DNA of 64,000 nucleotides from Paraphysomonas bandaiensis (lineage: Eukaryota > Protista > Chrysophyceae): the NCBI GenBank assembly GCA_965644295.1, contig CBFFRP010000147.1:1-64000 (forward strand), given 5' to 3'. Shown in pieces: positions 1-12,151 of the stretch (position 1 is its first letter; the number at the start of each line of letters is the position of its first letter). The notes beneath the pieces were generated by a model. The model was not told the DNA's origin. It was given only the letters and a program-made list of their open reading frames with translations, and did no database searches. A program made the translations under genes and the position numbers.

Positions 1-2
1 AG

Positions 3-1118
3 CAGGGTCCTGATCGTGGTCTCTCATCTTCGCCATATGGTCAGCAGCAGAGTCAAGGGTATGATCGCACTTTTCCACAAGGATATGAGCCTAGACCTCA
101 GGGTTCAGGACAAGGACAGCAACAGAGACACTACGAAGATATCCAGGGTGTACCTGTTATGGTAAATCGCGATGCGGAGGGTGAGGAACGCTGGTCTGGT
201 GTACGAGAGGGTTCTCCCACTCTTTCTGTAGAAACCCGGGACTCACGGTCTTCGGAACCCAGTCTTCTTTCGTATCACTTGAGGCAGCAACACCAACGCT
301 CTGTTCAACAACAGGGACCACCCATTGGTTATTCTCAACGTCCGCAAGACGCTGTATCTGCATACCGTACTTCGAGCTCGAGTTCCTTAGAGATGGGTCT
401 GGGTTCCTCGCCCATAGAACACAGGGGAAGTGATCCGCTTGGGTACCCGTTTGATATGCCCCGTCAGCAACCTCAACAACACGCCTCCCACTGTTTAGCA
501 TCATCCCCACTCACTGCTGACCCAATGAAAGTTGTATCGATGCAACACAAAACTACAGGGATTCCGTTCACAGCAGGTCAGTCATCATCACCATCGCAAC
601 TTCAACTATCTTCTTCCCCAGCTTCTGTTGATGGGTCGCGACTTTATGGGGGCAATGGGACAGGAGGAGCAGGGTTAGATTCCTCAAACTCTGTGTTTGT
701 ACCTTCTCAACAACAACACTCGCCTCATATGCACTCGCCTTTTCTCAGAGATACGTATGGAGTAGATCACCATCATCAAACCCAATCTCTTTTGAGAGAC
801 GGAATCCCGGCGGGGATATCCCCTGCGCTCACTTCCCAATCCGATTACCCTCACTCTTCTGCTCCAGACCACAATGATATGGGCATGTGTGATTACCACT
901 TTTCAGGTGCCGAGCACGGTATGTTTGACGGACAGTTTGATTCCAATTTTCACGACCTGTCTATTCAAGATAAAAACACTGTGGCTGGGCTGGACTTGGA
1001 CATCTCTGCATTGCAGACTTCCGAATCTCATGATCCATCATCAAGTGTCGAATGTGACCAGTCGCAGCAGCCGAATTTTCTGCCGCCAGCTCCACCCTCC
1101 ACTGAAAATGTGGAGTAG
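3..1118 (+). CDS. 3' part of a Gln/Ser/Pro-rich low-complexity protein (5' end outside window)
   Basis: The frame of ORF 159..1118 is open back to position 3 (QGPDRGLSSSPYGQQQ...). No recognisable domain in this part. Confidence 0.65.
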   Translation, partial: QGPDRGLSSSPYGQQQSQGYDRTFPQGYEPRPQGSGQGQQQRHYEDIQGVPVMVNRDAEGEERWSGVREGSPTLSVETRDSRSSEPSLLSYHLRQQHQRSVQQQGPPIGYSQRPQDAVSAYRTSSSSSLEMGLGSSPIEHRGSDPLGYPFDMPRQQPQQHASHCLASSPLTADPMKVVSMQHKTTGIPFTAGQSSSPSQLQLSSSPASVDGSRLYGGNGTGGAGLDSSNSVFVPSQQQHSPHMHSPFLRDTYGVDHHHQTQSLLRDGIPAGISPALTSQSDYPHSSAPDHNDMGMCDYHFSGAEHGMFDGQFDSNFHDLSIQDKNTVAGLDLDISALQTSESHDPSSSVECDQSQQPNFLPPAPPSTENVE

Positions 1119-1794
1119 GGCTTATCCGGCAGATCGCTGTATAATGTGACGTGGCGTTCATAGAGCTGCTGTCGCTGCAAGCCGAAACATATATTTGTGT
1201 CTCTTTTCTTTAATCGTTCTTCGCAGAAGACCGCCGTTGGCAAAGAAGACTGCCCGCCATTCAATATCCACACATCCAGATGTTTGAATGGATGATCAGT
1301 TTATATTTGAATGACTATTTAGAGTTATTTGCTTGTTATGATAGTTGCATGGAAACTCCCCAAGTGCCTAGGAGTTTATACATAATGATCAGCAATGGTG
1401 ATTTTTTTACGTGTGCAATGGGTTGTATCTGGTGATTGGGCCTAACGACTGTATCTTTGATCTCTTAAGTAATAATAAATAGTATTGATGTGGATTTTGA
1501 TGAAATGAAGCAGCTTAAGCTAACGAATTGTGATTCATTGCTACGATTTCGAATAATATATAAGCTAACAGTTAACTCAATTCTTCGAAGGTCTATTGGT
1601 GGAGATGACGAAAAAAACTCTTAGAAAGAGTCACCGAGTGGACTATACAGGAACACGTCGATGAGTGATTATCAGGGCTGCGTGAGCAGGTTGTAGTCAA
1701 TTATAAATACTACAATTATTACTTGCTGTCCCAATTAATTGCTACCCAACTGCGCACTTATATAACTATACATTAGCTATTAGCTGCCAACATA

Positions 1795-2380
1795 TTGAAA
1801 GTCTTATTATTAGCAATAGGCGTTAAAACCCTGTACCAACTTAGTAGCTAGATGAATGCTAGACAAACTAGTTAGACCTCTACCTGTAACTAATCAGTAC
1901 ACACTTTCTTTATCCTACTATTTAACGCTACGGACGCTGCTTGTGCGTCGCACTACATTGGTGCAGGTTTTCAACGCCTATTGCTAAATAATAAGACTTT
2001 TTCAATATATATATGTGCGTCGCCGCAAGCACCAAGGTGCGACCACTTCCGCTCTGAGTTCTTGAGGTGAACATCCCAGATGTTTGACTTCAACAGGCAG
2101 CTCAATATCCCGGTTACCCTTCAGGCTGGCCCTGTCCCGGATGCCCTTGAGGTGGGCCCATTCCCGGGTGCCTGTTTATTCGTCAGGGCCCAAAGACGTC
2201 TACACAAGTAACACTTATTGGTGTCTCTTGTACCACACATATAGCATTCGGCTATGAGTGGGCAGAAGAATATCTGCTGACTATGTTTGCGGCGCACGTT
2301 AGTTTCCCAGAGAGAATCTCTCCGGTACTTATCCCCCAGAACACCACACGAAAAGGTGCGAGTCCGACTTTGTTAAGGGA
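1795..2380 (-). mobile_element. Full-length copy of a ~0.5-kb non-autonomous SINE-like retroelement (family S), containing a nested 62-bp copy
   Basis: Flanked by the 11-bp direct repeat CTGCCAACATA (1784-1794, 2381-2391). Minus strand runs TCCCT... to ...AAGACTTTCAATA. Related copies at 4248, 14529, 22467, 42423, 43108, 61305, 61761. Confidence 0.8.
1952..2013 (+). mobile_element. 5'-truncated 62-bp family S copy nested in the opposite orientation
   Basis: Matches the family 3' end (AACGCCTATTGCTAAATAATAAGACTTTTTCAATATATATA) and is flanked by the 10-bp duplication TGTGCGTCGC (1942-1951, 2014-2023). Confidence 0.8.
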
Positions 2381-2879
2381 CTGCCAACATAGCTTGCTCA
2401 ACTGTAATATCATTCCAGAGCCTATTGGAATTTGACAGTTTCATATCTACAATAACTATCATATTGTTAGTGTTCTTAATACAGTCAACTACTGCTGTAT
2501 TTGTTTATTAGTAACGATTATAATTCTAATACCTAGAACTACAGCTTTAATTGCAAGCGAACATCAAAACTGAACAGAGCCAAACGATTCATGTGTAGAA
2601 ACATGAGTAGCTCGAAATATGTAGGGGTTATACTCTTGTGCAAATCAGTCATAACAAATCAGCTCTACTGAATAACCTTTCAACTTTATTGGTGTTGTGG
2701 CATGCTGCGGTATTGAGTTTGCTTGTGAAAAGACAAGTTAGAGTATAACAGCAAGACACGGTATAACTTACTCTATGATCCGCAGGACATCTTGAGATCT
2801 TCATATGCTGTGAGTGATGGCGCTCACCTTCCTTCACTTAGCACTGAATGAATGACTTCGATTGCTGTATTGGCTTTCA

Positions 2880-3752
2880 GGTAAAAAAAACTAAGTTTAT
2901 GATTCCCTCTCCAGGTACTAAAAAGGCATCGATTGTAGCACAGACAGGAGGTTTTGACACTGACTCATCATTGAATCTTCTCTTTGTGAATACCTTGATG
3001 ACCCAGTACGAGAAGCCAAGTTTTACAGAAATATTTCGTGATCACAATCAATCTGTGGATAGCAGTGATATTACGTTAAAAGAGGTTTCTGAATATGTGA
3101 CTAAAAATCACTACGAACTAGATGTACCTCGAGATACGATAATAACATTTTCGAAACCTATTGTTAAGGAAATAAATACTGCGAAGGGTGTGATAAATAT
3201 TACATATATAGTGGAGATGTGGCAGCTATACCAACTGGGACTGGTAATATCACATTTAACGAAGCAAGGGACGTGAATGGTATTTTTGGATTAGACGACC
3301 TTTTTATTCATTGGCAGAACAGAAATTCTTTTATTGACGTATTTAAAAAAGGTGTCAATGATTCTTCGAGCCGATCAGGAAGGATTTTAAAACCAGTTCA
3401 CATCCGGACCCCAGCAGATAGCAAGAGTAAATTTATGACAGATGATTATGCGAGCAGCACATTGGATACAGTCAAAGGATCTCATGGTAGAACATTACTT
3501 GGACAATTATTGGTACATTGTAACGATTTCGGTTGCCATGGAGACTCTGGAAGCAGTGTTTATGTAGAGGACGGAGATTCAAATAGCTTTATTATTGGCA
3601 CTTTTGTTGGAGGATTCAAGAATCGAGTTGAATACGTCGTTTCACCAGCGGAAGTTATTGTTCACGGTGGCTTACAATGGACACATATGTTGTAATATAG
3701 TTATTCATACAATCATAATAATAATTCAACTTTTCAAAGTATGTACTTAAAA
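2880..3752 (+). pseudogene. Inverted partial duplicate of the protease gene at 4791-6761 (3' half plus 3' flank)
   Basis: Reverse complement of 4734-5603 except +1 A (~2883-2890), a +2 TA frameshift (~3205-3210) and a synonymous GAT>GAC. Lacks the catalytic-His segment. Confidence 0.9.
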
Positions 3753-4247
3753 CTGCTACTACTTGGTTAAAATAGTATTAAAAATCGAATAGTTTGGGTT
3801 ATTAGTGTCACATACTATATAAAGTGTTTCGTTTACAACAAAGTTCACATAAAAAACACACAATTTAGTAAATATACCTACAAGTAGGAGCAAAGATGTT
3901 TAATTGGACACAATACTATAACAAGGAAACAATAAGTAAACACAAAAAATTATGGCATTGTCCCCTATTGTGTCACGGAATTTAAGCACAGGAAACAACA
4001 ACACGTTTCGCACCATTTCCAATTCAATGGAGTACACTATGGACGAGATATATGCATCTAGTGATTCGGACAATCCCGTGAGTGTATAACAAAATCGAAT
4101 CCCATTCCTCAACAATCCCATTCACGAAACATTCACATATGATAGAATTTAAAAATGATGTAATGGTGTGAGTATTGTTCGTGTTTCGTTTCCATCTATT
4201 TTTCAAAAAGACTTGCTTTGGGATCAAAAAAATGTGATGAGGATTGC

Positions 4248-4591
4248 ACAGGGAACACCAATAAGTGTCACTTGTGTAGACGTCTTGACGAATAAACAGG
4301 CATTCGGAAATGGGCCCACCTCAAGGATAACCGGGGTATTGGGCTGCTGCCTGCTGAAGTCAAGCATCCGGGATGTTCACCTTCTTAAGGACTCAGAGCG
4401 GATGTGGTTGCACCTTGGTGGTTGCGGCAACGCACAAGCAGCTCTCGTAGCGTTAAATAGTAGAATAATAGCGTTTGTACTAGTTATTTACAGGTAGAAG
4501 TCTAACTAGGTTGACTAGCATTCATCTAGCTACTATGTCGATGAAGATTTTTAACGCCTATTGCTAAATAAAAAGACTTTCAATATATATA
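4248..4591 (+). mobile_element. 5'-truncated family S copy
   Basis: Matches the family from ACACCAATAAGTGTCAC to AATAAAAAGACTTTCAATATATATA. Confidence 0.75.
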
Positions 4592-4790
4592 CTGCAGAAC
4601 TCAACAGTCTCTTTGCCAAGTTGCTGAATTTGTTTTCCAATATTCGATCCATCCACAAATCCAAAATGGAAATCGTTGGTGTATAAAAGATATAAAAGAG
4701 TTGGTGAATGCCAATGAATGATATGTGATGTACTTTTAAGTACATACTTTGAAAAGTTGAATTATTATTATGATTGTATGAATAACTATA

Positions 4791-6761
4791 TTACAACATA
4801 TGTGTCCATTGTAAGCCACCGTGAACAATAACTTCCGCTGGTGAAACGACGTATTCAACTCGATTCTTGAATCCTCCAACAAAAGTGCCAATAATAAAGC
4901 TATTTGAATCTCCATCCTCTACATAAACACTGCTTCCAGAGTCTCCATGGCAACCGAAATCGTTACAATGTACCAATAATTGTCCAAGTAATGTTCTACC
5001 ATGAGATCCTTTGACTGTATCCAATGTGCTGCTCGCATAATCATCTGTCATAAATTTACTCTTGCTATCTGCTGGGGTCCGGATGTGAACTGGTTTTAAA
5101 ATCCTTCCTGATCGGCTCGAAGAATCATTGACACCTTTTTTAAATACGTCAATAAAAGAATTTCTGTTCTGCCAATGAATAAAAAGGTCGTCTAATCCAA
5201 AAATACCATTCACGTCCCTTGCTTCGTTAAATGTGATATTACCAGTCCCAGTTGGTATAGCTGCCACATCTCCACTATATGTAATATTTATCACACCCTT
5301 CGCAGTATTTATTTCCTTAACAATAGGTTTCGAAAATGTTATTATCGTATCTCGAGGTACATCTAGTTCGTAGTGATTTTTAGTCACATATTCAGAAACC
5401 TCTTTTAACGTAATATCACTGCTATCCACAGATTGATTGTGATCACGAAATATTTCTGTAAAACTTGGCTTCTCGTACTGGGTCATCAAGGTATTCACAA
5501 AGAGAAGATTCAATGATGAGTCAGTGTCAAAACCTCCTGTCTGTGCTACAATCGATGCCTTTTTAGTACCTGGAGAGGGAATCATAAACTTAGTTTTTTT
5601 ACCAGCCAATTTTCCTTGCTTTTGGACTAAGTCTTGGGCAGCAACAACCACATGTTCGCAGGTTATTAAATAAGACTGGTCTTGATCGTCACAGGCAATA
5701 CCTCCAATCGATCCATACTTATTATCAAAACCCACAACTCCAATTCCAGGCTGATACATCGCTTCACTAAAGTAGTTTTCTTTTATAATAACTTTGATAC
5801 TGCGTCCATCTGAGAGAGTTAAGTACTCGCCCAAATTGCCGTCATCACAGTCGGCAAACTTTCTACAAACTACGAGGGCGGGCTCGAAAGGACAATCTCC
5901 GTTAATACTCCACGCCGTGGGGTATATTGCTACAATATCATGGTATGATTGAATGAGGTTAATACAAGATGGATCATAAAAATCCTCCAGTAACTGCATG
6001 AACTCGTCATGTTGACAAAAATTTTCCCAAATGTCAAAGTCGTCATAGTAAAGGTTAACATCAACCGAATTAACATTTCTCCAAATAACGTAACTATTTG
6101 AAGGTGGCTGTTCATTTTGAAGATCTTCATACAATACGATCAGCTTACTTTGGCCGTCATTTTTATCCACTGACACAAAAGTTTCACAAATAGATACTGA
6201 ATTTTGACTGCAAAACAGAATTGCATCAGACATGTATTGTAATATCTGCTTCTTGAATAATGAATCCGACACATTACCATCATCTGATATAGACATTTCC
6301 TCGAGAGAAACATCGTTTTCCATATCAGACAATACACTTTCCAGTTCCTTTACCTTCAGAATCAGTCTCTGATTTTCATTCATTAGCTTTATCATTTGCT
6401 TATGAGAATTAATTGATTCAGAAGTCATATCAATAAACATATCGAGCAAAAATGAAAATGCCGATATTCCATCTTGATTATGCATATATTTCGCAGCAAT
6501 TTCTAATGCTTTCACACATTCAGTTAACTTCTTCATATGCTCACATCCCTTACTATCACTTAAAGATTGAAATATATCATTAATTTCTTTAATTTTATAA
6601 CTAAATTGTTTTGCTTCTCTTGTTGGAAAATATTTTCGTTCTGTATATGTTGATGTTAGTAGTAAATAAGATTTAAACTTTTTATATAAATTAAGTATAG
6701 TTTGTTGAATCATTCTTCCATGTTCAGTTAGAGAAGAATTGTCCTTGTTTTCATTATTCAT
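4791..6761 (-). CDS. Intronless AT-rich trypsin-like serine protease (NAL1/Ssy5-like) with N-terminal coiled coil, 656 aa
   Basis: Motifs GSIGG...YLITCEHVV (His), GDVAAI (likely Asp) and GDSGS (Ser). Confidence 0.75.
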   Translation of the reverse strand: MNNENKDNSSLTEHGRMIQQTILNLYKKFKSYLLLTSTYTERKYFPTREAKQFSYKIKEINDIFQSLSDSKGCEHMKKLTECVKALEIAAKYMHNQDGISAFSFLLDMFIDMTSESINSHKQMIKLMNENQRLILKVKELESVLSDMENDVSLEEMSISDDGNVSDSLFKKQILQYMSDAILFCSQNSVSICETFVSVDKNDGQSKLIVLYEDLQNEQPPSNSYVIWRNVNSVDVNLYYDDFDIWENFCQHDEFMQLLEDFYDPSCINLIQSYHDIVAIYPTAWSINGDCPFEPALVVCRKFADCDDGNLGEYLTLSDGRSIKVIIKENYFSEAMYQPGIGVVGFDNKYGSIGGIACDDQDQSYLITCEHVVVAAQDLVQKQGKLAGKKTKFMIPSPGTKKASIVAQTGGFDTDSSLNLLFVNTLMTQYEKPSFTEIFRDHNQSVDSSDITLKEVSEYVTKNHYELDVPRDTIITFSKPIVKEINTAKGVINITYSGDVAAIPTGTGNITFNEARDVNGIFGLDDLFIHWQNRNSFIDVFKKGVNDSSSRSGRILKPVHIRTPADSKSKFMTDDYASSTLDTVKGSHGRTLLGQLLVHCNDFGCHGDSGSSVYVEDGDSNSFIIGTFVGGFKNRVEYVVSPAEVIVHGGLQWTHML

Positions 6762-6890
6762 TTTGATTGCTGTATCTTTATAATACTGATATTGAAAGTA
6801 TATGTAGGAAATAGTTTATGTAAAATATATTTTTATCAATAGTCATAATGTGATACCAGGACACACATCAGCCTGGCTGAGAGAGTATGG

Positions 6891-8052
6891 TGTATGTATG
6901 TATGTATGTATGTATGTATGTATGTATGTATGTATGTATGTATGTATGTATGTATGTATGTATGTATGTATGTATGTATGTATGTATGTATGTATGTATG
7001 TATGTTATGTATGTATGTATGTATGTATGTATGTATGTATGTATGTATGTATGTATGTATGTATGTATGTATGTATGTATGTATGTATGTATGTATGTAT
7101 GTATGTATGTATGTATGTATGTATGTATGTATGTATGTATGTATGTATGTTATGTATGTATGTATGTATGTATGTATGTATGTATGTATGTATGTATGTA
7201 TGTATGTATGTATGTATGTATGTATGTATGTATGTATGTATGTATGTATGTATGTATGTATGTATGTATGTATGTATGTATGTATGTATGTATGTATGTA
7301 TGTATGTATGTATGTATGTATGTATGTATGTATGTATGTATGTATGTATGTATGTATGTATGTATGTATGTATGTATGTATGTATGTATGTATGTATGTA
7401 TGTATGTATGTATGTATGTATGTATGTATGTATGTATGTATGTATGTATGTATGTATGTATGTATGTATGTATGTATGTATGTATGTATGTATGTATGTA
7501 TGTATGTATGTATGTATGTATGTATGTATGTATGTATGTATGTATGTATGTATGTATGTATGTATGTATGTATGTATGTATGTATGTATGTATGTATGTA
7601 TGTATGTATGTATGTATGTATGTATGTATGTATGTATGTATGTATGTATGTATGTATGTATGTATGTATGTATGTATGTATGTATGTATGTATGTATGTA
7701 TGTATGTATGTATGTATGTATGTATGTATGTATGTATGTATGTATGTATGTATGTATGTATGTATGTATGTATGTATGTATGTATGTATGTATGTATGTA
7801 TGTATGTATGTATGTATGTATGTATGTATGTATGTATGTATGTATGTATGTATGTATGTATGTATGTATGTATGTATGTATGTATGTATGTATGTATGTA
7901 TGTATGTATGTATGTATGTATGTATGTATGTATGTATGTATGTATGTATGTATGTATGTATGTATGTATGTATGTATGTATGTATGTTATGTATGTATGT
8001 ATGTATGTATGTATGTATGTATGTATGTATGTATGTATGTATGTATGTATGT
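6891..8052. repeat. (TGTA)n microsatellite, ~1160 bp, ~290 units
   Basis: Directly visible; only three 1-nt interruptions (TGTTA at ~7005, ~7150, ~7987). Confidence 0.99.
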
Positions 8053-8901
8053 CCATCACACTCTTCCACTCTAGCAGAGCTAGCATCCGACAGTCAACAT
8101 GATGAGATCTGTGATTGAAGCCACATATTCAGGACTATATGAGACACATTTGGTATAATTTGTAGCCTTCGCTCTTATGATTTTATTATCAAATTCGACA
8201 GCGCAAAATAGATACATTTTCGAATTAATTCACGGCCACATATCAGCGCGAAGAAGTTATAGCCATCAGTAGAGATTAGCGCAGTATGTGCTCTTAAAAT
8301 GTTTCAACGATTATTGATTGTTGGTTTCATTTATATTGGACAGATATGGAATATTGTTGTCTGCGTTGTCGGTGATGTTTTCTTTGTGTTTTACAATTAA
8401 CCTCCAGACCGCCGGATGGCCCCAAAACACCTGAACTGTCCAAATGGTAGTGTTATATACCATTATATAACAGGATTTAACTGTGATTTTAGCAATTGGA
8501 CCCCCCTCGTGCTTCTCTGTGTTGCAGAATTGACTCTTACCCTTTTCTACATTTTTTATCACCCTCTACTATATAGTATCCTACATATAATTGTATACGC
8601 CAAATATATAATTGCACTGCATAATACTGAAACACTAAGCTAATACGAACACCGTAAAGCAATCACAACTATACTTTACTATGCTGCACACGCCACACAA
8701 TCCTATACTATACCAACATATATATACTGACATAGTGGACTAAATATATTTGCCCCATTCTGAGAGCGTACCCTAGTGAAGTGCTAGTGTTGACTAAGCT
8801 AAGTAACGTATAGATTATTAATAAAAATTTCAGCGTATTATTCGTGTGTTGGCATCAAGAAAACTCTAGCTAGATCTACACTATACCTGCATAGTGCATA
8901 G

Positions 8902-9167
8902 TATTAGGATTCAGCTTAATACATGATTGTATCTGTGAGTTATAATGTTCAATGAAATATACCATGAACTACTGAATTAGAGAGAGTATCTGTCGAAGAT
9001 ACGTGATCGTCATCATAACGTCGTCATTATCAGTTACACTTCTAACTATTCCGTTGTGCATGATAGTACGTTCTATATTGTTATTCATAATTTTCACTCT
9101 ATCGTGTTCATTACTTACACTCTAATAATCACAACATTGTTTTACTATTATAAAGATCAATTCTTTA
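8902..9167 (+). repeat. 5' LTR of Copia family B
   Basis: Clearly similar to 30470-30745; followed by PBS-like TGGTAGCGAG (9170) and the gag start. Confidence 0.8.
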
Positions 9168-11130
9168 TTTGGTAGCGAGATGTCAGTTAAAGTTCCAAGT
9201 TACGACTCAACCGACTCGGATTCGACAACCAACAAGCGAAAGGACTCAATGCCAAAATTCGATGCGAAGAACTTCTCCAGGTGGCAGAAGAAGTGCCGTG
9301 CATGGTTCTATCGCAAGCCTAAGATCGTTTATACTCTACAGAACGATCACCCAATTGAGCCTGAAGCAGGAGAAAACTCAGAGACGAGGACTACCAGTAT
9401 CGACTCGAACAGTATCAGGATGCGAAACGATATTATGATGAAGGTAATAACTACCTATGGTCAGTCATTGCAAGCTCTATCATTGGTCAGAATGAAGAGG
9501 CTGAAGGGATTTTGGAGAACGTCCCCGATGGAGGCGGTAAAACCGCCTGGACGGACTTGCTGAACCACTTCAAAGAAAAAACGACTAACGATGTAATCAC
9601 CGATCTGATTGGCCAGTTCCAGAGCATAAAGATCAAAAAAAGTCAGTCGATAATCAACTTTCTTGACGCTGTCGAAAAGCTCCGAAACAAGCTGATTAAT
9701 TATGGTCATCGGATAAGTGACCAAGATCTCATATCACGCATTCGACAAGGCCTGGTATCCAAAGAAAATATGACGTATCGTGAACTGGCGATCAACCTGC
9801 AGATGCACCCTATCGATGACTACAAAACACTGATACGCAGACTACGCGGATTAGGAAGCTCGTCTGTTGGAATGCTCTTGTCAAGCAAAGATCCTCTGTA
9901 GGTGTAGACTCTATACTGTATACTGTATAGTGCGAAGAAACAAAAACCGACATTATTCAGCTTGCAGCTTCAAAACCCCCATTTTCCCGAAATAAAGTGA
10001 ATTCTAAACGCAAAAAGGGGACATCTTTCAGAAACCGTTCCAATAAACCGAAACATGACAAGAGAGCTGACAAAGACATTAAGTGTTTCCGATGCGATGG
10101 AAAAGGACACATCGCTTCAGAATGCAAACACTCCTGGGAAAGGATCCAACAAATGAAGAATTCCTCCGGAAACAAATCAACCAGTAGGAAATTCAAAAAA
10201 GTTAGATTCCAGACCCACCAGAGCACTGAAAACGACGAATCCGACCAGTTTGCAGATTATGAAGACAGTGGTCCACTACAACAGAAAGGACGAGACTTCG
10301 GAGGAGTCGGATATCCAACAAACGACGAAACGAACTTCGTTTTTGATCAAGAAGCCGGAATGGGAACCCTTGATTCTGGCTGCACAGTCTCCGTCACACC
10401 TGAAGCCGGATACATCACCAATTATGAGGAATGCCTCACCGACATTCAAACAGCTAAGTCAGGATCAACTATGACCTCTTCAGGACATGGAAGACTTGGT
10501 ATTATCCCCAAGTGCAAGCACGTGGACCATGCTTCAAGGACACTCGTGTCCATCAGCCAATTAGATGACCTAAGGTATAAAATCTTGTTCGGAAACCAAT
10601 CAGTTGAGATATATAAAGATGAAATACTGCTATCAAAGGGTAAGAGAGTTGGAGGCCTATATGAAATTCCGTTAACAGACCTCGGTACCCCTATTGACGA
10701 ATCCCACCTTGCTTCAACTGCTTCAGGCCCACTCACAATCCTAGCACATAAGAGATTGGCACATTCTTCAATTGGACTCATACAGAGAGCTGTACAGTCA
10801 AAATTAGTAACGGGTATTAAGTTAACAAAGTCGGAGATGAATGCTACTTCTTTACCGGGTGGCCTGTGTGATGGTTGTGCTAGTGGTAAATCTCATCGCC
10901 GAAAACATAGACACGCTATCAGACAAATGCTGCTCAAGCGTGTAAGAAGAGCGAATGAGCTGGGGGAGCTAGTAGTAGCCGATTTTTCTGGACCCCATGA
11001 ACCAGAGGCAATCATTACTGGCAACCGTTACATACTCGGGATGACAGATGTAGCTTCCAGACACCAATGGGACTCCTACGGACCAACGAGAGATGAAGAT
11101 TTCGTCATCCAATCCATCCAGAAAGTTGTC
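8902..11130 (+). mobile_element. Decayed, 3'-truncated Ty1/Copia retrotransposon (family B)
   Basis: Frameshifted gag (9180-9901), zinc knuckle CFRCDGKGHIASEC, protease LDSGCT, pre-integrase HKRLAH...CDGC and integrase start LVVADFSGP. No RT, RNase H or 3' LTR; right boundary approximate. Confidence 0.88.
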
Positions 11131-11139
11131 ATGTATTTG

Positions 11140-12151
11140 CTCATAAGGTCTGTATACTAACGGTCTACAGATAGTAACATTACACACGGGAATAAAATCT
11201 GCACATTCTGCAAGAAAACTACGAGTTGATTAGATGTCATTGAGATATTGGACGCGTCAACTTCATGTGCATGAAGTGAAGATCTGCCTCTCAATCTTCC
11301 ATCAATTTGTACACAGAGAAACAGACACATGCTGAGATACTGCAGATATTGTGATATTTCTATGTCGCGATAGTGATGAGTAAGTAGAGATTATATCAGT
11401 CGACTCTAATAACAGCAGGAAACAGGGCACCATCATACGTGCAACACTTTCTACATACCTCACACTAGAGCTTCATTGCTGCTGGTTGCCGCTTCCACTC
11501 CTGATTTAGCTGCTCTACCGCCTCCAAATTGTTTGTTAACACCAGTTCCAAAATAAATACCATAAAGCTTATACCATAAAGCTTATGTCAGTTATTTTTT
11601 CACCCACATTTACACTGAAAGGAGTCTTGTCCTGTTTCTTCCACTTCAGTTGGGGGCACTGTATCTGAAAGATCTTCACTTTTTGCCATCTACTGAAGTG
11701 TAAATATGTGATGTCCCTTTCAGTTCGTTGTGTGTACTAGCATAAAATCCACTGTTGTCTAGATCAACTAAATCCAAGAAATATACACGGTCCACATCCA
11801 TAAGAATCTCATCTCCAGGAGAGTGCACTCAGAATGCAACATGACCACTCTCGTCTTGACACTGCGATTTATACTTCATTTCCTTCATATAAAAGCCATT
11901 TACTCATAAGGTCTGTATACTAACGGTCTACAGATAGTAACATTACACACGGGAATAAAATCTGCACATTCTGCAAGAAAACTACGAGTTGATTAGATGT
12001 CATTGAGATATTGGACGCGTCAACTTCATGTGCATGAAGTGAAGATCTGCCTCTCAATCTTCCATCAATTTGTACACAGAGAAACAGACACATGCTGAGA
12101 TACTGCAGATATTGTGATATTTCTATGTCGCGATAGTGATGAGTAAGTAGA
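11140..12151. repeat. 249-bp exact direct repeat (11140-11388 and 11903-12151)
   Basis: Both copies run CTCATAAGGTCTGTATAC...GAGTAAGTAGA; 514-bp spacer. Confidence 0.92.

Noticed and set aside
1795-4591. Pack-type DNA transposon with family S copies as TIRs capturing the protease fragment
   Set aside because: The left copy has its own 11-bp TSD, so it is an independent insertion.
6836-8118. Long ORFs of MYVC/HTYI repeats
   Set aside because: Translation artefacts of the stop-free (TGTA)n tract.
9898-9930. GT...AG intron within Copia B gag
   Set aside because: Removing these 33 nt does not restore the frame into the zinc-knuckle ORF.
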